This document shows, in pieces, positions 25,668 through 38,540 of a DNA stretch of 64,000 nucleotides. A program made the translations under genes and the position numbers. The notes below the pieces were generated by a model. That model ran no database searches. It was given only the letters and a program-made list of their open reading frames with translations, and was not told where the DNA came from. Source of the stretch: Cenococcum geophilum. Taxonomy: Eukaryota. Position 1 is the stretch's first letter. Each line of letters starts with the position of its first letter. The stretch lies in the NCBI GenBank assembly GCA_050273025.1, contig CP158635.1, positions 29,388,001 through 29,452,000 on the forward strand. The letters are read 5' to 3'.

Positions 25668-26652
25668 GGCCTCCTCTTATCTATAAATACTCCCTTCTCT
25701 ACACCTTTCTCTCTTCTTTTCTTCTTCCTTATAAGAGCTAAAGGTGCTCTAATACTCCTTAGTCTCTACTAAGGGATCTATTGGTTAATATAGCAATATA
25801 GACAGTATTAGACGAGGAGACAGGCGAGAGAGAAGATAGAAAGGATGGAGGAGCCTCTAGTAGGTGTTAGTCGAGCAATGTTAATGGCTATATTATAGCT
25901 ACCTAATCTCCTGTGCTCGTGGGCCTCCTCCCGTCTATAAATACTCCCTTCTTTATACCTTCCTCTCTTCTTTTCTTCTTCCTTATAAGAGCTAGTGGTT
26001 CTCTAATACTCCTCCTTAGTCCCTACTAAGGGATCTATTAGTTAATATAGCGATATAGACAGCATCGGATAAGAAGACGGGTAAAAGAGAAGATAGGAAG
26101 GATGGAGGAGCCTCTAGTAGGTGTTAGTTAAGCAACGTTAACGTCTATATTATAACTACCTAATCTCCTATTCGCAGGCCTCCTCCTATCTATAAATACT
26201 CCCTCCTCTACACCTTCCTCTTTTTTTTTCTTCTTCCTTATAAGAGCTAGAGGTGCTCTAATACTCCTCCTTAGTCCCCACTAAGGGATCTATTAGTTAA
26301 CGTGGCGATATAAATAGCATCGGACGAGGAGACAGGCGAGAGAGAAGATAGGAAGGACGAAGGAGGCTCTAGTATGTATTAGTCGAGTAACGTCAATAGC
26401 TATATTATGGCTGTCTAATCTCCTATACTTGCAGGCCTCCTCCTATCTATAAATACTCCCTCTATACCTTCCTCTCTTCTTTTCTTCTTTCTTATAAAAG
26501 CTGGAGGTGCTCTAATACTCCTCCTTAGTCCCCATTAAGGGATCTATTAGTTAACGTGGCGATATAGATAGTATTAGACAAAGAGATAAGCAAAAAAGAA
26601 GATAAAAAGGACAGATAAGCCTCCGGTAAGTATTAGTCGAGTAACGTTAACA
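25668..26652. repeat. Four tandem copies of a ~255-bp unit in an unclassified element
   Basis: GGCCTCCTCCYRTCTATAAATACTCCC starts near 25668, 25922, 26176 and 26434. Confidence 0.92.
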
Positions 26653-29002
26653 GCTAGTTTTCGTCAACTAAAAATTGCGTCACGTGACGACATTTGGGAA
26701 CGCAAATATACACCCCCGTCCCATACTCACACCACTACTAAATATTCTAGATTTTGTACTCGGAGCTACTTATAATAGATATTCCTAAGATATCTACCGG
26801 TTTAAAGCTCTGTAATTAAACGTTATTAACGTTTTATATAGGGGTCGTCGATTAAGCTCCCGGGACACAATTTTTAAAGTTTAATACTATACCAATATCA
26901 CGACCTTCTTGCAGTGGCCGAGCCACCCCTAATCTCCTCCCCTCTCTCCCCTCCCTCCCATTACTCAGCGCTAAGCTATTATGTTGTCGCCGAGCTATTA
27001 CGTCGTCGTACGTCCGAACTGGGTGGGTAATGACGTGGTTAATAGTTATTAGGCATTAAAAATATTTAGTATATAAAGCTTTAAATTAAAATCACAATTT
27101 ACTATATTATATCCTACGCAAAGGGCTCTGTATTAAAGCTCTGCAGTCCAAATATGTGCTATATTCGTGACTAATATAATCTTTAAGCCTAGCTTAAGTA
27201 GGGTGCCTTGGTCACTATAGTAGATTCTTACCTAGTAGTAACTAAGGCGCCTTAATCTTACTACTACTTCTAAATTAAGCAAAAGCTCTATATAGGAGGG
27301 TCCCAGGGGGTCTCCCCCTTGAAAACCTTATCTCTATATATATTAATTAAAGTCTATATAATAAAGCTCTAAGTTAAAGCTTTAGGTTATAAACTTAGGT
27401 TAAAATTTACATTAGGGGACTAACGTTCCGCATGTTTTATAAAGGCGTTAGTTCGTTGTTAATTGATGGCTAAAAATTTAGTATGGCGCGTGAGTTTGTA
27501 TAAGAATTATATATAAATTGGCGCGAGGGACTAATAAATTTCCGAACTGTGTACCAGACGACAATAATATAAGATAATTAATTTGTTATATAAGCAGCTT
27601 ATAATTGGTTAATCGTCTAAGACCGAGATAAAGAATTAATTAGCGGACATACGTATATCCGCAAGCGGATATCGCTAACCTTTTTTATCAAAAAGTTAAT
27701 TCTATAGGCTAAGAGACTTTGCCAACGTTTCTTAAGCGACGCGACTTATTCTGTATGTAAAGCGGTTACCTCCTTTAACGAAGGTCTAGGGCTGCATATA
27801 GGCTTAAAATAATTGCAAGAACTACGGAGGTGCCTTTTAAAAGTCTTTTCCGCCAAGCTGGCCTATGGGTTCTCCCTACTCCGTGCACGGTCCCACTTAA
27901 TACACGGTTTTCCTCACCAAAATATACCCAAATACACCTTTTTATACCGCCTATAACTTAATAACCTTATTATAGAATTTTATAAAAATTTAAATATAGC
28001 TTATTAAATGCTAAAACTATAATTTAATAGTAAAAAATATAATAAAAGACTTAATTAACTTATATATGCAAAGCAGTAGTACCGCTACTAAATGTATATA
28101 TATATAACAGGACTAGCCCAGTTATAGTAGGAATGTCTTAGTAAAACACTCAATAGATAAATTCCGACGCTTTAACCAAATTCTGCCAAATTCTACTAGC
28201 TTAATTAACTTCTATTAAGTTCTACTAGATTAATTAAATTTTATTAAAGTCTATTAAAGACCGCGTGCGTATATATATATATATTAACCACTAAGACCCC
28301 TAACTATTTAATTATATAATTCTCTTATTATTTTTTTCTCTTTTTATATAACGTCTTATTCTTAGTAAGAGCTATATACCCTTAAATTTAAATAGAATTT
28401 ATATTATTTCTTTAAATCTTCTTTAAAGTCTTTTTGCGCCTTTATATTACATTATATTAAAATAACTACTATTAAAATAGCATATAAACTTAAATTCCCT
28501 ATATTAACTATAAGCATTATAGCCCTAGTTAGGGAACAGTTAACTATAATATAATAGTCCTTTATAGATACCTTGCCCTAATAGCGAGTAATATTAAAAG
28601 CTTAATACTAGTAATCAATTAGAGTAATCTATAAAGAACTCTATAACCTAATAGTAACACCTATAAATAAGATTAAAATAATAGTATATAAACCTACCCT
28701 ATTAAATATACACCGCAAACTAGTAACGGTAGCTTAATCTATACTTATAATAAACCTAGTACCTACTATAAAATCTAAAAAGCTCACTAACCCTTTAATA
28801 TTTAATAAAAATAAAAATAACCTATATTCCTTTATAACTAAGCTTTATTTTAAACTTTTAATAAACTTTAACTAATACCCTATTAAAGCTAGTAAGGTTA
28901 GCTATAAAATATCTTAATTAAGTAAAGACACTATATAAACTATAGACCTATTCTTCTATAATAGCACCTTTATTAATTTTAAAATATTTATCTCTCTATT
29001 AG

Positions 29003-32000
29003 TGTCGGGAATAAGGCAAGTTGCCGTCACGTAATGGCAAGTTGCTATCACGTGTCGCCGCGGCACTAGCGTGGCGAGGAGCCTTACGTTCCTTACCCTT
29101 CCTCATTTTAATTAATAAGCTTTATTAACTAACATCACTATAACCCTACTCGAGTAGTCGTTATTAGTGAGTTACCCTGTGTAACTAATACTAATTAGTG
29201 GTTAAATACACAGTTAACTATAGAGCAGCTAGGTTTTCGAACAGAAGAGACAGTCTCGTATAGGGGTGCCATATACACTTATATAAAATGGATCCCGGCA
29301 ATACTATGCTACCTTAGACTTGCGGAAAACTAGTAATAGAAATATTACTAAGTACTAGGAGATACCAAGTTGCGTTTATTACGCAGAATAACCGCGTTTA
29401 CGAAGATTTAGTTAAGTACTTTAGGTTAGAAGTGTTATTAAACCTAGGGTCCTAAGTTAACGTCTAAAACGCGTTAAACAATATCTTAAATTGCCTACCT
29501 CTTAATAGCAAACCTACAAGATCCTATAAAACCGAAAATCCTACCTACCTTTGACGTACGACACCCCGTTAATTCTATACCTACTATAGCATTAACCTAC
29601 CTAAAGAAGTATAAGGAAGATATTAACCTAAAGATATAGAATAAAGCTATAATTAACCTTATAAACGCTAATAAACAAGACTTAAATGGATTTTTATTAC
29701 ACCGTATAGTATATTATAAGGATAGTAAATATAATAATACCGCGCTATAGGAATATATAAAGGAGGACTTTATTAAATGGATAAAGGAAATATAGGCCCC
29801 TGTAAACAAGGATATTATATAGGACTTCCGTAACTTCCTTTAGGAGAATAGAGTATTTGTCCCTAAGGATGGGTGTACTATTAGAGACAATATTTAGGAG
29901 CAGGTTATTAACGTAAAAGAAGAGCACGAATGGACTCTATAAGAGATTAAGCACCAACTACGTACTATAAGGAAGCTTAACTTATAATAGAACCTAAGTA
30001 ATACACCTTTAAAGACGAACCTACCTCCACCTTTAACTCCTCTATATTTAATTTAACCCGTAACCTTAACATTAGATACTATACCCCAACAAGAGTAGGC
30101 ATAGGATCCTATTACTTCGCGATTTAACGACCTTTAGACTTCACCGACTAGACCTATGTCCCTACTACAGCCTGCAATATAACCCCCACCTCCTCTATCT
30201 TAATCTTAAATTGGAGGTAGTTTTAAATTGCTTATAGAGCTTATAAAGCTCTATTTGGATTAGGAGAAGAAGTTTAGCAGGGAATTATATAATATTCTTA
30301 ATTTAAAACTATATATCTTCTATAACTATTGCTAGAAGGTAGGAATAGAGTTTAATTAATACTATAACGCCTATTCCGTTATGCTTAAGGGCCGAGCTAG
30401 TACCTTCTATTATAATTATTTGGTAGGAAAAGGATACGATTTTAACTATATAATATATAAGTTAAGATACCACTTTAAAACAGAAGAGAATAAGTAGCAG
30501 TATATGTTAGAATAGAGAGAGACTACCTTTCTAAGGATTATTGCTATAAACCTAGGTGTCCCTCGGCTTAATTATCTTTAAAAGCTCTTTAATTAACTTT
30601 AGATAATTTAGCGTAGATTATCTAAATCATATTAAGAGGACTTTAGCCTACGTAATTAAGTTATTAGCATATGCCGAGGTATTAAAGAATATAACCTTAC
30701 TCTCTTTAATCCTGTAAATACTTACAAAGGAGTATATGCTTAATTAAGATCTTCTATTAGCACCGCTCTACGCTCTTAAAAAGTATAGTAATTTAACACC
30801 TAACTCTAACCTACTTTGATTAACCCACCTAACCAATATAATTATAACTAGACTAATTAAATATATAGTGGCCGGGGTAGGTAATACAGTAGAGGGTATA
30901 ATTAACAACTACGAGGTAAAGGTGGAGGCCCTCGTAGAGGTTCATTTCGAAGTAATTGCTAGAAGAAGTGCTACGTTTATAAGAAACCGAATTGCTAGTT
31001 AACTAGGCATTTTCTTAATAAGCGAAAGGAGGCATATAATAAGTTTCGCTAAAGTATAAAAAATGTTAGAAATTGTAAGGTTACTGCGGCCTACTTTTAA
31101 AGCTTCCTAGTTTAATATAAAGGCGTAAAAGATCTTAAGGGTGAGGTTAATAAGGCCGAATAGCTTCTTATAGATATATAAATTGAGAAGTACTTACCTA
31201 ACTAATACTTCACTAAGTATAGTAAGGTAGATGGCATATAAACCGTTACTATTTTTAATAACCAATCTATGCTCTATTTTACCACAAAGTTAAATATCTT
31301 TAATAAGCCAAGGGAGAGTTCCGCGTTCTCCTTTAATAATAGATACTCAGCAAACGTCTTCTATAGTATTATACTAGATACTAGAGCCGCAGGAGTATCT
31401 ATAGTAGGAGAACCTTAAGTTCGAGCCCTTTAGCAGCTTAATAGCTCTATTAAGATTAACTATTTAACGGCAGGCTAACACATGATTTGTTTTAGCAAGG
31501 GTACTGCGATCTCTCTTAGCATAATTAGGGTCCAAACCCCCTTAGGGTATATTACCTTTTACGTCGTTCCTACAAACACCCTATTTTTATTTTACATTAG
31601 AGATATAGATAAATTAGGCGTTAAGCTTAATAACCTTAAGGATATACTTATTTAGGGAGATAATTAGGTGCCCGTCGTGCGTAAGTAGGGTTACCCTTAG
31701 TTGCTCCATTATTAACTAGAAAAGAGTGTTGCTTAAAGCCACCTAACTAAGTTAGAGTTACGTTAACTACACCGTTATTTTAGCCACCTATCCGTTTATT
31801 AATTGCTTAGGGTTCTTTAGTAAGCAGGCTATAAAGTTAAGGTTAAGGCAATTAAGCATTTTATAAAGTACTACTATTACTACTAAATAAACCAGAAGTC
31901 CCCTAGCCGATTTAAGTTCACCCTTAAAGATAACTATAACTTTAACTTCTGTATTATTATTAACGTTATATATCTTAGCGGCAAGCCAGTACTCTAAGTT

Positions 32001-35000
32001 ATTAACTTCTTAACCTCCTTTTAAGCCGCACGGTTCTTAAAGGATATATTAGCTAAGAACGTATAGGATACCCTTTAATTATACTAGATTAATATCTACC
32101 TAGGACCCCCTAATTAAATCGTTTATAATATAGGAAAGAACTTCTTATTTATAGAGTTTTAATAACAAATAAAGGCAATAGCAATTAAGGTTAAGGAAGT
32201 CCCTATTAAGGCATATAATAGCGTTAAAAAAGTAGAGCAATATTATACGCCATTACACCGCGTATATAAGATTATCTCTTTAGAACTAGAGGACGCTAGC
32301 GAAGAACTTACCTTATAAATAGCTATTAAAGCTATTAACGATTCCGCTGGCCTGGATAGACTTATACCTATATTACTAGTCTTTAGCGCCTACCCTTAAA
32401 TAACTAATAATTCTCTACTATCTCCCTCTATTATATAATAAGCTGAGGCTATTTATAAGGCAACAAAGGAGGTATAATATCTCTACGCTATACGCCAGGT
32501 TAACAACGCACTAGGAATAAGAAATGGCCCAAATACCTTAACTACGCTTAATCTACCACTCCAGTCTAAGGTACGCGTATAGCGTAAAAAGTGAGGGTAG
32601 TTAGGCCTACATTAACTTATTATAATTAATGGTTAAACTTATACTATTTAGATGCCTTACAGACCCACTTAATTCTATTTAACTATTATTAAGCCTTACT
32701 ATAAAGATAACAGTTCTAAGCCTTTGTAGGATACTCTAGAAGAGGCCCTAGAGGAGAACTATAATTAACGTACTCTAAAAGGCGACTACAATTCTAATAT
32801 AATTATAGTAAATACGCCGCAACTATAACGCGGTAGAGGTCGCCTAAAGGGATTATAAAATCGCCAATATCTTGTTAATTTTAAAGAGCAATTTATTGCC
32901 GCTATTAAGAATGGAGTTAAGCTATTAATAGCCTTTATAACAGCTAAGGAGAAGGCTAACTTTAAACTCGTAAAACAGCTCTAAAAGGAAGGTTGTATTA
33001 TAACTCCAGGAGCTCCTTTCTAAGCATCTAATAAGCAGGAGATCGATAGTCTTATCGTAAAAGGAGTCTTTAAATTTAAGAAGTATAACCTTACTAAGTT
33101 TAATAAAGTTCGCATCTTTAAGTTAAGGATAGTTAATAAGATTAAGGGCAAAGCTACTAACGCCCTATTTAAGAAATTAAGGCTTATTATCTAAGGTTAT
33201 AATAATAATAGCAAAGAGATAATTCTTATATAATCTCCTATAATTCAACGAGCTAGTTAGCGAGTTATTATTATATTAGCTCCCTCCTTAATAAAGAATA
33301 GAATGGCGGTTTATTTACGAGATATTACTTAAGCCTACACCCAATTAGAGACGCACCTTTAGCGCTTAATATTAGCACACCTTCCGGAGTAAATTCGCCA
33401 CTAGTATCCTAAAGATATAATTATAGTTGTGCTTAAGCCATAGTATAGAATCGCAGAGGTAGGAACTTACTAGTGGGCTACCTATAGTAAGCACCATAAA
33501 GAGAAGCTTTTAATGACTACTTTTATATTTAATCCCTACTTCCTTATTACAACCACAGGAACCCTATTTAGAATCGTCGGTATATAAACTAATAATATAA
33601 TTATCTTAGGAGACAACTAATTCTTAGCTCTTAAAGAGAATAAGCTAGTAAAAGCAAATCTTATAGCAAAGCTAAAGGAAAAGCTTAATTTAATAACACT
33701 ATTACTTTTTAATAAATGCATCCTCTCCCTAAATAAGGATTCTATTGCTTTGCGCTAGAAGGGTTAAGGTAAAAAGATTAACGTTATTAATATTAATTCC
33801 CTAAAGTAAGGATATGTGGAGTAACACGCTTACGGAGCTTATATTACTTCTATATATTAACCTAAGGCTTTATTTAATCTCTCTATTGCCGCCTAATACT
33901 AGGAACTAACTAAGAACGACGTTCTTGCCCTAAATAAACGTCTTTCCTAGCAAATGAACTATCTTAATTAGGGACTACTTTACGTGCCTATTAATCTTCC
34001 TACCGCTAAGCTCTTTGTATTTATTAATAGATTATTTATAAATAATAAAGATTTTAGCTCCTAGCTAGGATATAAGATTATTATTACAAACGAATTTACG
34101 GGAGAGAATAACTTTATAATCTATAGCAATCTTATCTATTAGAGCTTAACTAAAAGCAAGCGCGTTACCCGAAGTGTTTTAGCGTTAAAGATATATAGAA
34201 TAGTTAGCGGAGTTAATATGGCAATTGCAATTAGAACTACCCTAAAGATAATTATAGATCGACTTAAACTTCCTATTATCCCTATAATCGTATACACCGA
34301 CTTATATTCCCTCTATAAGTATTTAGTTAAGCTTAGTACTATAAAGGAGAAGCGCCTTATAATCAATATTATGGCACTTTAGTAATCCTATAAGCGTTAA
34401 AAACTCTTTAAGATTTAATAGATTAATAGCTAAGATAACCCGGCAGATATAATAACGAAGGCGAACCTAAATAAGGCACTAAAGACGTTTATTAATATAA
34501 ATACTCTGCGTGTACGAGTTAAAGGTTAGGTTAAAAGGGAGTCCCTAGAAATTTCTTAGTTACGTAAGGTCTTAAGATATCTAGGAACTTCGACCGGCGG
34601 TTAAAGTTATCTAATTAGTTAGATTCTCTTGCTAAGACTTTTTAGGAGGGGGGATTCTATAGACCCTAACTTAACCTAGCTAATTAGGATTTTCCATCCC
34701 CGGGATGGAAAATTACTATTAGCTCGCTTACTACTAGCGCCTTGGCGGCCCTCTAAATAAGATGCCTACCTATAACTTCTAAGCAAGAGAGCTACGTGCT
34801 AAGAGGCAAATTTTGGGATAGCGAGACTTATATTACAATAGCAATAGTAAGTAAGGAGGATTTATATTTGTTATAATAGTTAAGCAGTATTTATCTATAG
34901 ATGGCAACTACAAAAGAAGAGTTGCTAGTGTTAGGAATAAGGTAAGTTGCCGTCACGTAATGGCAAGTTGCCATTACGTGTCGCCGCGGCACTAGCGTGG

Positions 35001-35116
35001 CGAGGAGCCTTACGTTCCTCGCCCTTCCTTATTCTAATTAATAAGCTTTATTAACTAACATCACTATAACCCTACTTGAGTAGTCGTTATTGGTAAGTCA
35101 CCCTATGTGACTAATA
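29003..35116 (+). mobile_element. Full-length GalEa-type Ty1/Copia element E, RIP-inactivated
   Basis: 188-bp LTRs at 29003-29190 and 34929-35116; TSD ATTAG at 28998-29002 and 35117-35121; CTAATTAGT (RIP form of CTGATCAGT) at 29191-29199. Motifs: gag knuckle CYVCKKPNC ~30969-30996, DTGAA ~31377, LHRHFGH ~31767-31787, FGIVGMQTDD ~33567-33597, NPADAMTK ~34437-34460. Confidence 0.95.
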
Positions 35117-35417
35117 ATTAGAATGAATATATAATAATACTAGCTATAAATATATAGCTATTACTAAACTTAAAAACCTATAATAACGGAACTAAGACTT
35201 TACTAGTTTTTTTTAGAATTTTTAGGCCTTATTAGTAAACTAGATTAAAATTAAGCCGCTAAAGTTATTACTCTTTAATAAGCTATTTTAGATAAGATTA
35301 AAGCCTAGTTAATAAGTAGGGAACTACTAAAGAATTTATCTAAATTTATTATAATATACTACATTGGGAAAATATTCGCAGGATGAGATTCAAGTAGACT
35401 TTGTGTGGCGCGTTTCG

Positions 35418-35702
35418 CGTAATTGATATGCAATTTGACTAACTTAACACGTAATTAACTAACTTGACACGCAATTGACCAACTTAATATGCAATTTAAC
35501 CAACTTAATACGTAATTAACTAACTTAACATGCAATTTAACTAACTTAATACGCAATTGACTAACTTAATATGTAATTTAACTAACTTAATACGCAATTA
35601 ACTAACTTGATAACTTTAAAAGCTAACTGCATATTCCTTGACACGTAGTTAACCTATTTAACAACTTTAAAAGCTAACTGTATATTCCTTGACATGCAAT
35701 TA
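35418..35702. repeat. 21-22 bp subterminal tandem repeats (GACACGCAATTGACCAACTT-like)
   Basis: Direct inspection; roughly 9-12 degenerate copies. Confidence 0.9.
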
Positions 35703-35759
35703 AGGTAAAGTTATATGCTAATTACGTAATCTTATATAATCTTATATAGTCTTATTACT

Positions 35760-36552
35760 TAGAGGCTTTACATAAGGCTCTGCATAAGGCTCTACACGAA
35801 GCTTTATACGAAGCTCTACACGAAGCTCTACACGAGGCTCTATATAAGGCTCTACACGAAGCTCTATACGAAGCTCTACACGAGGCTCTATACAAGGCTC
35901 TACACGAAGCTCTACACGAAGCTCTATACGAAGCTCTACACGAAGCTCTACACGAAGCTCTACGTATAGAGGCTCTGCACGAGGCTCTGCGCGAAGCTTT
36001 GCGTACGGAGGCTCTGCACGAAGCTCTACGTAGAGGCTCTGCACGAAGCTCTGCGCGAGGCTCTGCGTACGGAGGCTCTGCACGAAGCTCTACGTAGAGG
36101 CTCTGCACGAGGCTCTGCGCGAGGCTCTGCGTACGGAGGCTCTGCACGAAGCTCTGCACGAAGCTCTGCACGAAGCTCTGCACGAAGCTCTGCATGAAGC
36201 TCTGCACGAAGCTCTACGTACAGAGGCTCTGCATGAGGCTCTGCGCGAAGCTCTGCGTACGGAGGCTCTGCACGAAGCTCTACGTAGAGGCTCTGCACGA
36301 GGCTCTGCGCGAGGCTCTGCGTACGGAGGCTCTGTACGAAGCTCTGCACGAGGCTCTGCACGAGGCTCTGCGCGAAGCTTTACGTACGGAGGCTCTACAC
36401 GAAGCTCTGCATAAGGCTCTGCGCGGAGCTCTATATACAGAGGCTCTATACAAAGCTCTACACGAAGCTCTATACGAAGCTCTATATACAGAGGCTCTGC
36501 ACAAGGCTCTGCGCGGAGCTCTGCGTATAGAGGCTCTACACGAAGCTCTGCA
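35760..36552. repeat. 12-bp-based minisatellite (GARGCTCTGCAC) with 15-bp variants
   Basis: Direct inspection; explains the ORF calls at 35742-36694. Confidence 0.95.
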
Positions 36553-36679
36553 TTGGGTCCCCGCTATATTCCTGATAGCGTCTACATATATCTCTGCCTA
36601 TGTAGCCGCCTTATTTTTTACCCTTCTTTCCCTCCTTATATCCTCCCTACCTAGGGAGGCACTAGAACGGCAGCCAGTA

Positions 36680-37163
36680 GAGGACTGTTGCTAGAACTAG
36701 ATGACTATTGCTAGAACTAGACGACCGTCGCCAGAACTAGACGACCGTTACTAGAACTAGATAACCGTTGCTGTCGCCAGATAACTATCGCCAGAACCAG
36801 ACAACTGTTGTTAGAGCTAGACGACTATCGCCAGAGCTAAACAACTGTCGCTAGAACTAGACGACCGTCGCTAAAACCAGACGACCGTTACCAGAACCAA
36901 ATGACCGTCGCTAGAGCTAGACGACCGTCTTTAGAGTTAGACAACTGTCGCCAAAACTAGACGACCGTTGCTAGAGCTAGACGACCGTCGCCAGAACTAG
37001 ATGACCGTCGCCAGAACTAGACGACCGTCGCTAGAACTAGACGACCGTCGCTAGAATTAAACGACCGTTACCAGAGCCAGACGACTATTACTAGAGCTAG
37101 ACGACTGTTACCAGAACTAGATAACCGTCGCTAGAACTAGACGACCGTCGCTAGAACTAGACG
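36680..37163. repeat. 20-bp tandem array (AGACGACCGTCGCCAGAACT), about 23 copies
   Basis: Direct inspection; the 20-bp periodicity is visible in register. Confidence 0.95.
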
Positions 37164-37221
37164 ATAACGACTAGCCAGCGAACACTATAAATGATTTAAT
37201 TAATTGATCGAATTAAGGTAG

Positions 37222-37580
37222 CACAGATAGGTAGGTATAAACAGGGAGATGCTAATAGGTAGGTAGATGCAGATAGGTAGGCAGATATAGATAGGTAAGT
37301 AGATGTAGACAGGCAAGCAGATGTAGATAGGTAGGTAGATACTAACGGGTAGGCAGATATAGACAGGTAGGTAGATATAAATAGGTAGGCGATATAGACA
37401 GGTAGGCGATGCAGATAGGTAGGCAATGCAGATAGGTAGGTAATATAGGTAGGTAGGCAATATAGATAGGTAGGTAATGCAGACAGGTAGGTAATGCAGA
37501 TAGGTAGGCAATGTAGATAGGTAGGCGATGCAGGTAGGTAGGTAGATAGGCAGGTAGGTAAGTTAATAGGTAGATAGGTA
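37222..37580. repeat. 18-bp tandem array (GCAGATAGGTAGGCRAT-like)
   Basis: Direct inspection; explains the ORF calls at 37196-37511. Confidence 0.9.
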
Positions 37581-38540
37581 GAAGAGAACCATCGCTATAT
37601 TATATTAAATTATCTAAAATAATAATATTTATTTTGCTAGCCTTATAAATAGCTTTAAAATAGCTTTTATTTATTTAAAATATGCTATTAGTATAAAAGA
37701 GGTAAATATAATTATGGTTGCCAAATGCGCAGATTGCTGGCAGGTTGCGCATAGGTTGCGCGCAGGCTGCGTGTTAAAAAAACACGACATAGGCTAGTCG
37801 GTCGAGTTGCCAAATAACCTTAACTGCGCGCCAATTGCGTCAACCACCAACCATTAAGGCCATTAAAAGGGTACTATATTTTGCCGATGTAATAAATTAA
37901 TAAGGACCTTTAATATAATAAATAAACTTATTCTCTAAAGCTAACTACGCCTTATATTTAAAACTTTATAAAACTAGTATATACCCTAAAGCGCAATCCC
38001 TCTCTAAAACTAAAAGGCTTTATATATAACCCTATAGACCTTAATATTACTTAATTCTATATACCCTTAGGAATTAATAAATAAAGAACTTAAGCCGGAA
38101 ATAGAGAATGCTTTAGATATAGTAAAAAGCAATATATTTAAAGGAATTATTAAACTTACCCTTTTAAAAAGGTTTGCTAAAGTTCCTCTTAATCCTTAAA
38201 TTATACTTATTTTATAAATTATACTTAGTTATTATAAAGTATCTTACCTTTAGTTAACTTGGAAACTAGATTATTTTAGGGCTAAATTACGCCTTAAAAT
38301 AGGAAGTAGAAAAGTATAAGTATTTAGGCTCTTTTAGCGCTAATATATAATATAACTCTCTTAATATACTTAGTAAAATTTAAATATTTAAAAAATAGAA
38401 GGAGGTATAAATCCTAATAGATAGCAGAGCCGCTAGTATAGGCTTTATTAATATATACTATATAAAAACTTAACATCTAAATTTAAAGAAACTTAATAAG
38501 CCCTAAGGCCTATAAGGCTTTAATAGTAAACCCTTAATAT

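Larger units (their letters stand above)
35357..37894. mobile_element. Putative non-autonomous CACTA-like DNA element with terminal inverted repeats (TIRs), composed largely of tandem arrays
   Basis: Left end TACTACATTGGGAAAATA; right end reverse complement TATTACATCGGCAAAATA (consensus CACTACATCGGSAAAATA after RIP reversion). It interrupts the old Gypsy. No transposase seen and no clean TSD. Confidence 0.6.

Noticed and set aside
35742..37511. ORFs of 74-166 aa with ELRAE/EALH/YLP repeats
   Set aside because: Open in several frames on both strands because of minisatellites; no unique coding flanks.
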